From Hyphomonadaceae bacterium (lineage in GTDB: Bacteria; Pseudomonadota; Alphaproteobacteria; Caulobacterales; Hyphomonadaceae), in the NCBI GenBank assembly GCA_022760335.1, contig JALEGE010000170.1, positions 18,164 through 82,163 of the forward strand: a stretch of 64,000 nt of DNA. Direction: 5' to 3'. The notes under the pieces were generated by a model. The model worked only from the letters and a program-made list of their open reading frames with translations, did not search any database and was not told the origin of the DNA. Positions within the stretch are counted from its first letter, which is position 1, and every line of letters begins with the position of its first letter. Both the position numbers and the translations under genes were made by a program. Positions 9,872 through 18,166 of this stretch are shown piece by piece.

Positions 9872-10320
9872 TGCACCGCTTCGGGATTGACCGGGCAACT
9901 GGCCGGTTCATCCTCAGATGCGATATGGGATTGCCCATCGGAATAGGCCGCCGCCAGGGCGAGGCTTTCCGCATCATGGAACAGCGTCGCCAGGCGGCGC
10001 AGCGCCCTTTGACGCGCGCCGGGCAGGTGCAGCATGTGCAGCTGAACCTCCGCCTCATCGGCCATGCCCCGGAAGATGCAGCCAAGGTCATGCGGGCGGT
10101 CCGTCGCGTCGATCCAGTTGCCGAGCCGGTCTGCAGTAACCGCGAAACGGACAAGCTCGTCCTCATAACGCGCGGGTAGGGCCGCACCGTTCAAAACCTC
10201 AGCGGTTTCTTCATAGAGATGGCCTGCCTCCGCGCCCCATTCGCGCGCCAAAATCTCATCGGCCAGCGCCGCAGGCGCCAGCGCGGCCAGGCACAGGGCT
10301 GCGAAAAAGAGTTTCAACAT
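9847..10320 (-). CDS. Exported hypothetical protein
   Basis: Start at MLKLFFAALCLAALAPAALA (signal peptide). No family recognised. Convergent 25-nt overlap with the redoxin gene. Confidence 0.6.
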   Translation of the reverse strand: MLKLFFAALCLAALAPAALADEILAREWGAEAGHLYEETAEVLNGAALPARYEDELVRFAVTADRLGNWIDATDRPHDLGCIFRGMADEAEVQLHMLHLPGARQRALRRLATLFHDAESLALAAAYSDGQSHIASEDEPASCPVNPEAVHQYLTEQP

Positions 10321-10467
10321 GGAACGCCTCCGGGACTCTCGCGACAGGCGAAGCAAGCCCCATGCCGCTCGCCTTATAGGGCAGACAAACGCTTTGTCGA
10401 TTTGTACCGACCATACCAGCCCCCATCCTCACGCGAAGACGAAGGGCAAGGAGGGCCATCTTGATTC

Positions 10468-10866
10468 GACCAAAATCGCCGCAGACACCTGCGAAGGCAG
10501 GTGTCCATCTCCTGCATTGTCGTTGAGGCATTTGAGCCTTGTACGGTTGTAATTGTCGACGAGGGTGGGGATGAAGTCGTTTCTCTGCTGGTGTGTGTCG
10601 AAGCGGTTACGTCTGGCATTGCCGCCATTTCCAGGGTGGCTGCGCAGGACCTCTGAGAGGCGGCGGTTGAAGCGTTCGAAGGCGGCGGCCACGCTGGTCT
10701 GGCTCGCCTGGATATAGGCGCGCACCTTCGGCGTCGTCGTCGCATTCGCATGCAGTTTGATCTCCATGCCCAAGCGCCCTGATCAGATCCAACCCACGCT
10801 GAATTGAGCCGCACTCCAACCCATCACATGGAATTTTACTCCTGCGTAGGTGTCTGCGGTGAGATG
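10468..10866 (-). mobile_element. Internally deleted IS481-like element (MITE-like, about 400 bp), copy 2
   Basis: The minus-strand ORF 10429..10773 joins a transposase N-terminus (LHANATTTPKVRAYIQASQ) directly to a C-terminal tail (ERFNRRLSEVL..YNRTRLKCLN); the DDE core is absent. It is flanked by inverted CCGCAGACACCT(G/A)CG sequences at 10479-10493 and 10844-10859. Confidence 0.75.
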
Positions 10867-10895
10867 CTTTCTGAGAAGAGCAGGCTTGCAGCGCG

Positions 10896-10925
10896 CCCCA
10901 TGGTTCGTCTCCGCTCACCATGAGG
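10896..10925. repeat. REP-like hairpin (9-bp stem, conserved loop TCGTCTCCGCTC / GAGCGGAGACGA)
   Basis: ccccatggt-tcgtctccgctc-accatgagg is the reverse complement of the unit at 19191-19220. Confidence 0.8.
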
Positions 10926-11041
10926 TTGAAGCCGGGTCCATCTGCCTGCAACTGGAGCTAACTCAGAATTCCTCTTGTTTGTCGGTGTTTTCGCAACGAT
11001 TTCGTGGTTGAAAGACTGAACACGAGATTTCGGAGCTGCCC

Positions 11042-12283
11042 ATGACCGGCAAGTCCATCCTGCTCATCATCGGCGGCGGCATCGCGGCCTACAAATCCCT
11101 TGAGCTGATCCGCACCCTGTCAAAGCGCGGCATCGCGAGCCGCTGCATTGTCACCAAAGCCGGCGCGGAGTTTGTCACGCCGCTCTCGGTCTCGGCGCTT
11201 TCCGGCGAGAAGGTGTTCACCGATCTCTTCGACCTCACAGACGAGGCCGAAATGGGCCATATCGAGCTCTCGCGCTCGGCTGATCTCGTCGTGGTCTGCC
11301 CGGCGACGGCGGACCTGATCGGCAAGGCGGCGGGCGGGCTCGCCAATGATCTCGCCACCACCGCGCTTCTGGCCACCGACAAGCCGGTGCTGATGGTGCC
11401 GGCGATGAATGTGCGCATGTGGACCCAGCCGGCAGTGCAGCGCAATGTCGCGCAACTCCGCGCCGACGGCGTCACGGTGATGGAGCCCGATGAGGGCGCC
11501 ATGGCCTGCGGCGAGTTCGGCCCCGGCCGCCTGCCCGAAGTGCCGGTCATCGCCGATGCGATTGAAGCCGCGCTCACCGGCGCGCCCACCGAAAAGCCGC
11601 TCGCCGGGCGCCATGTGCTCCTCACCGCCGGGCCGACGCGCGAACCACTCGACCCCGTGCGCTATCTCTCCAACCATTCCTCCGGCAAGCAGGGCTATGC
11701 CATTGCCGGCGCGCTGGCAGCTTTGGGCGCAGAGGTGACGCTGGTCTCCGGCCCGGTCAGCCTCGCCACCCCGCCGGGCGTGACACGCGTGGATGTGGAA
11801 ACCGCGCGCGACATGCTGAAAGCCGTGGAAGCCGCCCTGCCGGCCGATGTGTTCATCTCGGTCGCCGCCGTCGCCGACTGGCGCCCGGCCACCTCAGCGG
11901 CGCGCAAATTGAAGCTGAAAACCGGCGCGAAAGACACGCCGCCGACGCTCAACCTGGCGGAAAATCCCGATATCCTCGCCACCATCTCGAAAAAGCGCAA
12001 ACACCGCCCTGGCCTCGTCATCGGCTTCGCCGCCGAAACCCACGACCTGGAAACCCACGCCAAAGCAAAGCTCGCCCGGAAAGGCTGTGACTGGATCGTC
12101 GCCAACGACGTCTCCGGCGACGTCATGGGCGGCGCGGACAATGAAATCGCCCTTGTGCGCGCGGCGGGCGTGGAGACATGGCCCCGCATGGACAAGGGCG
12201 CGGTGGCGCGGAAGCTGGCGGCGGAGATTGCGCAGGCGCTCGGGCCGTTGGGGGACGCAGAGAGCGAGAGCAGGGCGGGGTGA
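11042..12283 (+). CDS. coaBC: Bifunctional phosphopantothenoylcysteine decarboxylase / phosphopantothenate-cysteine ligase
   Basis: 413 aa. N-terminal flavoprotein motif ILLIIGGGIAAYKSLELIR and a C-terminal DFP ligase domain. Confidence 0.95.
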   Translation: MTGKSILLIIGGGIAAYKSLELIRTLSKRGIASRCIVTKAGAEFVTPLSVSALSGEKVFTDLFDLTDEAEMGHIELSRSADLVVVCPATADLIGKAAGGLANDLATTALLATDKPVLMVPAMNVRMWTQPAVQRNVAQLRADGVTVMEPDEGAMACGEFGPGRLPEVPVIADAIEAALTGAPTEKPLAGRHVLLTAGPTREPLDPVRYLSNHSSGKQGYAIAGALAALGAEVTLVSGPVSLATPPGVTRVDVETARDMLKAVEAALPADVFISVAAVADWRPATSAARKLKLKTGAKDTPPTLNLAENPDILATISKKRKHRPGLVIGFAAETHDLETHAKAKLARKGCDWIVANDVSGDVMGGADNEIALVRAAGVETWPRMDKGAVARKLAAEIAQALGPLGDAESESRAG

Positions 12284-12348
12284 GCCTGATCAAAATCCAG
12301 AAACTGAGTTTTGGCGGTCGGCTCTGTCTCAACCAACTCTACAAGTCG

Positions 12349-12735
12349 TTAATCGTGAATTAGGTAACACCCAGAAGCAGAGCCATTAAAATTGCTCGCC
12401 ACTGTGACAGTATCCTTCACGCGAACAGCCATGCAGGTTTGCACCGGCAATGATTGCACTGGAGCATTCCCACCAATACTTACAGTCAATCCAGGATACT
12501 CTGTGCTGGGTTGCGCTACATCTTCTCGAGCGTCCGTGCAAATTGATAATGTCACAGCGGCAACATCGGACGGGTTATTCAATATTTGATGCATCTCATG
12601 ATCGCCACCATCCTGTGTGACTAGAAAGGGCAGCATTCCGGGCGTTGAACAAACCCCCTCCTCGAGGGCGGCGGCGTCTGGAGTAACAAACGCCGAGATC
12701 CCCAAAATCGCGAAACCAAGACCTGCATTTTTCAT
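12349..12735 (-). CDS. Small exported Cys-containing hypothetical protein (AT-richer cassette)
   Basis: 128 aa. Signal-like N-terminus MKNAGLGFAILGISAFV; GAAGGGGA SD 7 nt upstream; A/T third positions are visibly commoner than in neighbouring genes. Confidence 0.65.
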   Translation of the reverse strand: MKNAGLGFAILGISAFVTPDAAALEEGVCSTPGMLPFLVTQDGGDHEMHQILNNPSDVAAVTLSICTDAREDVAQPSTEYPGLTVSIGGNAPVQSLPVQTCMAVRVKDTVTVASNFNGSASGCYLIHD

Positions 12736-12893
12736 AGAGCGTCCCCTTCTGGCAATCCTTGAGCAGAATGCTTACTATTTATAGTTGTTTTTTGTTTGGT
12801 ACAGTTAACTGTTCTTAATAGTCGCAGGCGCGTGGATATCGCTCGCCCGTTGGGCGCAATCTTGGTCGCAGCAAACGTCGTCTCGCTCCTTAT

Positions 12894-13082
12894 GGTGCAT
12901 GGAGCACTCGCGATATGCACCGGTTACTCAAGCGAAACACGGAATGGTGCATATCGGCCTTGCGGCCTCCATGCACCCTACGCGCCTTCCCGGTTCCGCG
13001 AGAGCGTCCGCACGCGCCCTTCGAGATATTCGATCATTGGCGTGGCGATGTCCTTACCCGTGGCCGTCTCGATGCCCTCCAG
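12894..13082 (-). pseudogene. Duplicated fragment: last ~105 nt of rimK (12978-13082) plus ~85 nt of its downstream spacer
   Basis: Aligns by hand with 13722-13912 at roughly 9 of 10 positions, including an identical 83-nt core. It encodes ..[34 protein letters not shown] with no upstream ORF. Confidence 0.85.
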
Positions 13083-13138
13083 AATATAAGACTGTCACAG
13101 TACGCCCATACCCAGCGCGGCACCGTTCTGGCGTTAAA

Positions 13139-13615
13139 TCAATCACATTCTCTGGGGTACAAGAAGGCAGCTTCAACTCTTCTCGTGCGATTGTATTCGA
13201 CGCGCGCTAGAACATCATAGGCACCAGCGTTTGCGTTCTTAGAAAACTCGGTGGCGGCGCATTGACACCATTGAGCTGTGTGTTTGGCATCATCACTTTC
13301 CAAACACTCCGCATAATACCCCTCCAACCACTCCGAAAGCACATCATTGCTAACCTCAGGAATGGTGAAATTTTCGTCCGCAACAGAGGGTGTTGTCGCC
13401 GCAGACTGCGCGTTTACATCCTCTTCGTGAGCGGCATTTTGCTCATCAATGTCGGCTTGTCCTTCAGCTGTAGCTTCTTCAATCGCTCCGCCAGGTGCGA
13501 ACATTGCATCTGCAACTGCTTCAGCATCTTTCGCAGGCTCGGAGTTTTCCTGAGCAAATGCACCACCACTGAGAACCATCGCCCCAAACAGCGCGCAACA
13601 AAGAACTGACTTCAT
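13139..13615 (-). CDS. Exported acidic Cys-containing hypothetical protein (cassette between the rimK repeats)
   Basis: 158 aa. Signal peptide MKSVLCCALFGAMVLSGGAFAQ; GAGGGA SD; AT-richer than the flanks. Confidence 0.7.
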   Translation of the reverse strand: MKSVLCCALFGAMVLSGGAFAQENSEPAKDAEAVADAMFAPGGAIEEATAEGQADIDEQNAAHEEDVNAQSAATTPSVADENFTIPEVSNDVLSEWLEGYYAECLESDDAKHTAQWCQCAATEFSKNANAGAYDVLARVEYNRTRRVEAAFLYPRECD

Positions 13616-13721
13616 TTTGATAAATCCCTCGACAATTACCCTCGCGATAGCAGCTTTTAACGAGGTCTATAGAACTTGCTAGCCCTTTCTATCGGGCATT
13701 AAACTTCGCTACGCTCCGTCG

Positions 13722-13912
13722 GGTGCATGGAGCACTCGCGATATGCATCGGGCACTCAAACCAAGTACCGGAATGGTGCATATCGGCCTTGCGACATTCA
13801 TGCACCCTACGCGCCTTCCCGGTTCCGCGAGAGCGTCCGCACGCGCCCTTCGAGATATTCGATCATTGGCGTGGCGATGTCTTTGCCCGTGGCGGTCTCA
13901 ATCCCCTCAAGG
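13722..13912. repeat. Native partner of the 12894-13082 direct repeat (rimK downstream spacer + rimK 3' end)
   Basis: See the alignment note for 12894-13082. It contains the hairpin ggtgcat-N17-atgcacc just downstream of the rimK stop. Confidence 0.85.
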
Positions 13913-15189
13913 CCGGGGGAGGAGTTGACCTCCAGGACGCGGGGGCCCTTTTCGCTGCGCAGGATATCGACGCCCGCGACGGCCAGGCCAAGCTCGCGGG
14001 CGGCGCGGCGGGCGACGTCGCGTTCTTCCTTGCTGAGCCGGGCGGCCACCGCAGTGCCGCCGCGATGGAGGTTTGAGCGGAACTCGCCGGCCGCGGCCTG
14101 GCGCTTCATCGCGCCGACCACTTTCCCGCCGATCACGAAACAGCGCGTATCGGCGCCGGCCGCCTCGGCAATGAATTCCTGCACCAGGAAGTTCGCGTCC
14201 AGCCCCCGGAAAGCATCGACCAGGCTCTCGGCCGCCTTCTTCGTCTCGGCCAGCACGACGCCTCGACCTTGCGTGGATTCCAGGAGCTTCACCACCACCG
14301 GCACACTGCCGGCCAGCGTCACCAGGTCCTTGGTATCCTTCGGCGAATTGGCAAAGGCGGTCACCGGCATGCCGATCTTGGCCGCCGACAGGATCTGGTG
14401 GGCGAGCAGCTTGTCGCGCGAGGCGGAAATGGCGAAGGGCGAGTTCAGGCAATAGGCCCCGGTATTGGCGAACTGGCGCAAAACGGCAGTGCCATATGAG
14501 GTCACCGAGGCGCCGATGCGCGGGATCACGGCATCATAGCGCGGCAGCACCTTGCCATCATAATGCACCTCGCTGGCGCTGGATTCGATGCGCATATAGC
14601 AGCGCGAGGTGTTGATCATCTCGATCACATGCCCGCGTGCCTCAGCCGCCTCGGCGATACGGCGGCTGGAATAATTGTTCGGCTCGCGGGTGAGCAGGGC
14701 GATGCGCAGCGGGCGTTTCACCGGGCGCTTTTTCGGCATGCCCTTGTAGAGATCATAGGATTTGCGCGGCTGGGCGAAGGACTGGTTGGGGTCGACCACC
14801 ATATCATCCACAATCGCGGTGCGCCCCAGCAGCATGCGATAGGACATGGTCTCGCGATTGGTGAGCGTGACCTCCACCGGCCAGCGCCGCGCGCCCATCT
14901 CGATCTCGGCGGCGATGACATAGCGCAGCTCGGTCTCGCCATTGGAGCTCGTCACATTGCGCCGGTCGACCACGGGGGCCGAGCAGGTCACCTCCAGGCT
15001 GGAATCTTCCGGATTGGGCTGGATCAGGAATCGCACCTGGGGGGCATCGGCTGGCCCGAAAGGCTCGATGACGGAAGCATGCAACGCGGAGGTGCGCGCG
15101 CCAGTATCCACCTTGGCCTTGATCGCCGGCAGGCCAAGCCCCGGCAGGGCCAGCCATTCCTCCCAGCCGAGTTTGAACGTCTCGCTCAT
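13807..15189 (-). CDS. rimK: RimK-type ATP-grasp alpha-L-glutamate ligase fused to an N-terminal RimB-like (PF05618, retropepsin-like 'ATP-dependent zinc protease') domain
   Basis: Start at [38 protein letters not shown] (DUF785/PF05618-type). From about residue 160 the sequence is RimK ATP-grasp ([20 protein letters not shown]...[14 protein letters not shown]). Confidence 0.9.
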   Translation of the reverse strand: MSETFKLGWEEWLALPGLGLPAIKAKVDTGARTSALHASVIEPFGPADAPQVRFLIQPNPEDSSLEVTCSAPVVDRRNVTSSNGETELRYVIAAEIEMGARRWPVEVTLTNRETMSYRMLLGRTAIVDDMVVDPNQSFAQPRKSYDLYKGMPKKRPVKRPLRIALLTREPNNYSSRRIAEAAEARGHVIEMINTSRCYMRIESSASEVHYDGKVLPRYDAVIPRIGASVTSYGTAVLRQFANTGAYCLNSPFAISASRDKLLAHQILSAAKIGMPVTAFANSPKDTKDLVTLAGSVPVVVKLLESTQGRGVVLAETKKAAESLVDAFRGLDANFLVQEFIAEAAGADTRCFVIGGKVVGAMKRQAAAGEFRSNLHRGGTAVAARLSKEERDVARRAARELGLAVAGVDILRSEKGPRVLEVNSSPGLEGIETATGKDIATPMIEYLEGRVRTLSRNREGA

Positions 15190-15280
15190 GGGGATGCTCC
15201 GCTGGGTGACTTCGTGCCCCGTCTCGCGCATGTCGCGGGGCGGCGCAAGCGGGGATGTTCAGTGGGGCGGGCTTATCGTG

Positions 15281-15610
15281 CTAAGGTTCGATCTCTACAT
15301 GGAGGCCGCCTGCTTCCAGTTCCCGCAATGCGGCAGGAAACTTTTGCTCGAACAGGGTGACCAGCCTGGCATTGGTGGCATTGCCAAGACGTACCCAGAG
15401 CAGTTGCGGCGGAGACGGCGGTGCAACGAGCAGGCGGAAATCGCGGTCTTTGGTTACGATCACGGCGCCGCGCTGCTTGGCGGCAGCAAAGATCGCCGTG
15501 TCAGTTGCGGTCAGCCCGAGCAGATCGTCGGAATAGTCGGCTTCATGGCCCTGTTCCATGAGCCAAGCCGCCAGACGCAGTGGCAGATTGGCATCAACCA
15601 GGAAGCGCAC
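15281..15610 (-). CDS. DUF5615 family PIN-like (Mut7-C-like) protein, putative toxin
   Basis: 109 aa. MRFLVDANLPLRLAAWL...IVTKDRDF. It begins 3 nt after the DUF433 gene. Confidence 0.8.
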   Translation of the reverse strand: MRFLVDANLPLRLAAWLMEQGHEADYSDDLLGLTATDTAIFAAAKQRGAVIVTKDRDFRLLVAPPSPPQLLWVRLGNATNARLVTLFEQKFPAALRELEAGGLHVEIEP

Positions 15611-15613
15611 TGC

Positions 15614-15856
15614 CTATTCTGCCGCGAAGGCGAGGCGGTTGTCTGCAGCCCTGGCCGCGTAGGCAAGGCAAGCTGTGATATCCTCGTCTTCAAGGTTTGG
15701 ATAGCTTTCGAGGACTTCGTCCCGGCTTGCTCCGGCGGCCAGCATGTCGAGCACATCGCTGACCCGAAGGCGCATGCCCCGCACGGTCGGCTTTCCGAAA
15801 CAGACCTCTGGATTGACGGTGATGCGCGGGAATATCTCGGTTTGCATGCGTTGCAT
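15614..15856 (-). CDS. DUF433 domain protein, putative antitoxin
   Basis: 80 aa. ITVNPEVCFGKPTVRGMRLRVSDVLDMLAAGASRDEVLESYPNLEDEDITACLAYA is typical of DUF433. Confidence 0.8.
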   Translation of the reverse strand: MQRMQTEIFPRITVNPEVCFGKPTVRGMRLRVSDVLDMLAAGASRDEVLESYPNLEDEDITACLAYAARAADNRLAFAAE

Positions 15857-15904
15857 TATGCAGCGTGTGAGATTTTTCTCATAGCATTTTTACTAGCACG
15901 CGTG

Positions 15905-15935
15905 GGGTGGGTATCGGTTTCGCCTCAACCCACCC
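15905..15935 (-). terminator. Hairpin downstream of rpoH (possible terminator, no T run)
   Basis: gggtgggt-N15-acccaccc: an 8-bp stem starting 9 nt after the rpoH stop. Confidence 0.3.
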
Positions 15936-15943
15936 TACAGAGA

Positions 15944-16849
15944 TCAAGCCGGCGCGCCGCCCGGCAGGCCTTCTTCTTTTGCCATGCGCTGCATTGCCTT
16001 TTGCAGTTTCTCGAAGGCGCGGACTTCGATCTGGCGGATGCGTTCGCGGCTGACATTGTAGACCTGGCTGAGCTCTTCGAGGGTTTTCGGCTCGTCGCTC
16101 AGGCGGCGTTCGGTGAGAATGTGTTTCTCGCGCTCATTCAGGTCTTCCATTGCCGCGGTGAGGAGTTCCATGCGGGCATCGAATTGCTGGCGGTCGGCGA
16201 ACTCGGCCGCGTGGCCCTGCTCCTCATCGGCCAGCCAGTCCTGCCACTCCATGTCGCCATCCTTGCCCATGGGCACGTTCAGCGAGGCATCGGATGCGCT
16301 CATCCGGCCATTCATGGAGATGACGTCCTTTTCCGAGACGTTCAGGCGCGTGGCGATCTCGGCCACCTGGTCGGGCTTCAGATCGCCTTCTTCCAGCGCG
16401 GCGATCTCGCCCTTGATCCGGCGCAGATTGAAGAAGAGCTTCTTCTGCGCCGCCGTGGTGCCGAGTTTCACGAGGCTCCAGGACCGCAGGATATATTCCT
16501 GGATCGCAGCGCGGATCCACCACATGGCATAGGTTGCCAGACGGAAGCCCTTGTCGGGGTCGAATTTCTTCACGGCCTGCATCAGGCCGACATTGCCCTC
16601 GGAGATGACCTCGGCCATGGGCAGGCCATAGCCACGGTATCCCATGGCGATCTTCGCCACGAGGCGCAGATGCGAGGTGACCATTTTTTCGGCCGCTTCG
16701 GGGTTTTCATCCTGTTGCCAGCTCTTGGCCAGCAGGAATTCCTCGCCCTTTTCGAGCATCGGGAATTTGCGGATTTCACTCAAGTAGCGGCTCAGGCCCT
16801 GTTCCGGGCTCAGCGCGACGGCGCGGCTGGATGTATTTCCTGCAGCCAT
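15944..16849 (-). CDS. rpoH: RNA polymerase sigma-32 (heat-shock sigma factor RpoH)
   Basis: 301 aa. Sigma-70 regions 2-4 and an RpoH-box-like AQKKLFFNLRRIKGEI. Confidence 0.95.
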   Translation of the reverse strand: MAAGNTSSRAVALSPEQGLSRYLSEIRKFPMLEKGEEFLLAKSWQQDENPEAAEKMVTSHLRLVAKIAMGYRGYGLPMAEVISEGNVGLMQAVKKFDPDKGFRLATYAMWWIRAAIQEYILRSWSLVKLGTTAAQKKLFFNLRRIKGEIAALEEGDLKPDQVAEIATRLNVSEKDVISMNGRMSASDASLNVPMGKDGDMEWQDWLADEEQGHAAEFADRQQFDARMELLTAAMEDLNEREKHILTERRLSDEPKTLEELSQVYNVSRERIRQIEVRAFEKLQKAMQRMAKEEGLPGGAPA

Positions 16850-16989
16850 GACAAACTCCTCCGTGTCTTCCCCGCAACGACCTGCAGGCGCAGCATCGGC
16901 GTGGCGGCTTTTCCGGGATGATGTCTAGCCCCGTCCCACGGCGGCTCCCATCCCCATTCCGCGCATAAGTCCTATCACGCGGAACGAGG

Positions 16990-17017
16990 ATATAGGCACA
17001 TCACTGCGTCGAAAAAG
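16990..17017 (-). promoter_or_regulatory. Candidate sigma-32-type promoter upstream of rpoH
   Basis: The minus strand reads CTTT-N17-CCTATAT, about 140 nt upstream of the rpoH ATG. The -10 matches the alphaproteobacterial CYTATNT pattern; the -35 matches only 3 of 4 positions of CTTG. Confidence 0.25.
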
Positions 17018-17039
17018 GGGCATAGGGCCTGAAACTTGA

Positions 17040-18026
17040 TCAGAACTGCGTGATACCTGCAGCCTTGAAGAAGGCGGTGAGGCTGTCGCCGGCCTTCATC
17101 TTGTCGATGGCTTTCTTGACCGACTTGAAGGCCTTGGCGGCGTATTTCTGCGTATCCTGGTCGAAGCTCTTGCGCTCGATCTTCACTTTCAGCTTCTTGC
17201 GGCGCTTGCTGGCGTTTTCAGAATTTGCTGCCGCCCAGACCAGATAGGTCTTTGCGACCTCTTCCTTGAAGAGTGGCAAAAGCGTCTCCTCAAGCTCTGC
17301 AAGCGGCTTGAAGGGGGCGCCCGGTTTCGGGTCATCCATGAAGGCACACCATTCCACGACGAAGGGCGCGCGATCTTTTAGCCATTCGCCCGGCGTGGGA
17401 TCGCCCAGCATCTGCTTGTACTGGGCCGCGAGAGAGAAATCAGCCGCTGAGGGACGCCCGCCAAAGATGAACAGGGTTTCTTTCAGATGCGTGTTCAGAA
17501 GCTCGGTAAAGCGCTGGAAACTCTTCTGCAGGATTTCGCCATTCGACCCACCGGCGCCGACCAGTGGCAGCCGGCCGGACATGCGGTCCGCGATCTTTTC
17601 CACTTCCTCGGCGCGTGAGGCCGGGGGATTGCCGGCAAAAAGCTGTTCCAACAGGCGCTGAGCGGCCACTTCCCGGTCTGGCGACTGGCCCCAGCGGGCA
17701 TTGAACATGGCCTTGTTCAGCCATTCATCGCCATAGTCTTCCAAAATCAGGGCCAGCGCCGCGCAGGCCGGATCATCGGGAATTGTCGCCGGTTCGGGAT
17801 GGTCGGCCTCCAGGCTGGCGAGCATGGCTGTTGAATCCTGACGCGCGACGGCACCGGGCGAGATCAGCAGCGGCACGGTGGGCACAGGCGCGAGGGCGCG
17901 GAAATCGGCCTCTGTCGCCACAGAGCGCGACACCCAGTCAAACTCGACGCCTTTATAGCGCAGCGCGGCGCGCACTTTTTCCGAATAGGGCGAGGTTTCC
18001 GCGCCATACAGACGATAATCGGCCAT
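17040..18026 (-). CDS. Glutathione S-transferase family protein
   Basis: Start at MADYRLYGAETSPYSEKVRAALRYKGVEFDW (GST N-terminal thioredoxin-like fold). The track ORF runs 20 codons longer. Confidence 0.85.
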   Translation of the reverse strand: MADYRLYGAETSPYSEKVRAALRYKGVEFDWVSRSVATEADFRALAPVPTVPLLISPGAVARQDSTAMLASLEADHPEPATIPDDPACAALALILEDYGDEWLNKAMFNARWGQSPDREVAAQRLLEQLFAGNPPASRAEEVEKIADRMSGRLPLVGAGGSNGEILQKSFQRFTELLNTHLKETLFIFGGRPSAADFSLAAQYKQMLGDPTPGEWLKDRAPFVVEWCAFMDDPKPGAPFKPLAELEETLLPLFKEEVAKTYLVWAAANSENASKRRKKLKVKIERKSFDQDTQKYAAKAFKSVKKAIDKMKAGDSLTAFFKAAGITQF

Positions 18027-18166
18027 GGGGACGTCCTTTTGATCTTGCCGCACATCTAGACTGGTCAGTACGCTTCGCCAAGCCAATAGCCCAGCCCCCC
18101 TTGCGCGCAGCTTGTCGCGTGGCTTAGGTGTGCGCCAATCTAGCCACTAGCTTGGGGAAGTTGCGT

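Noticed and set aside
1841-10866. Active composite transposon
   Set aside because: Both IS copies lack the DDE core, and copy 1 lacks one end. At best this is a substrate for homologous recombination, not an autonomous element.
10607-10951. 114-aa minus-strand ORF over the right part of the IS relic
   Set aside because: It is in a different frame from the transposase remnant and crosses the element's boundary and a REP hairpin. No motif is recognisable.
14942-16921. 659-aa ORF on the plus strand
   Set aside because: It runs antisense across rimK, the DUF433/DUF5615 pair and rpoH. No domain is recognisable. It is a shadow ORF.
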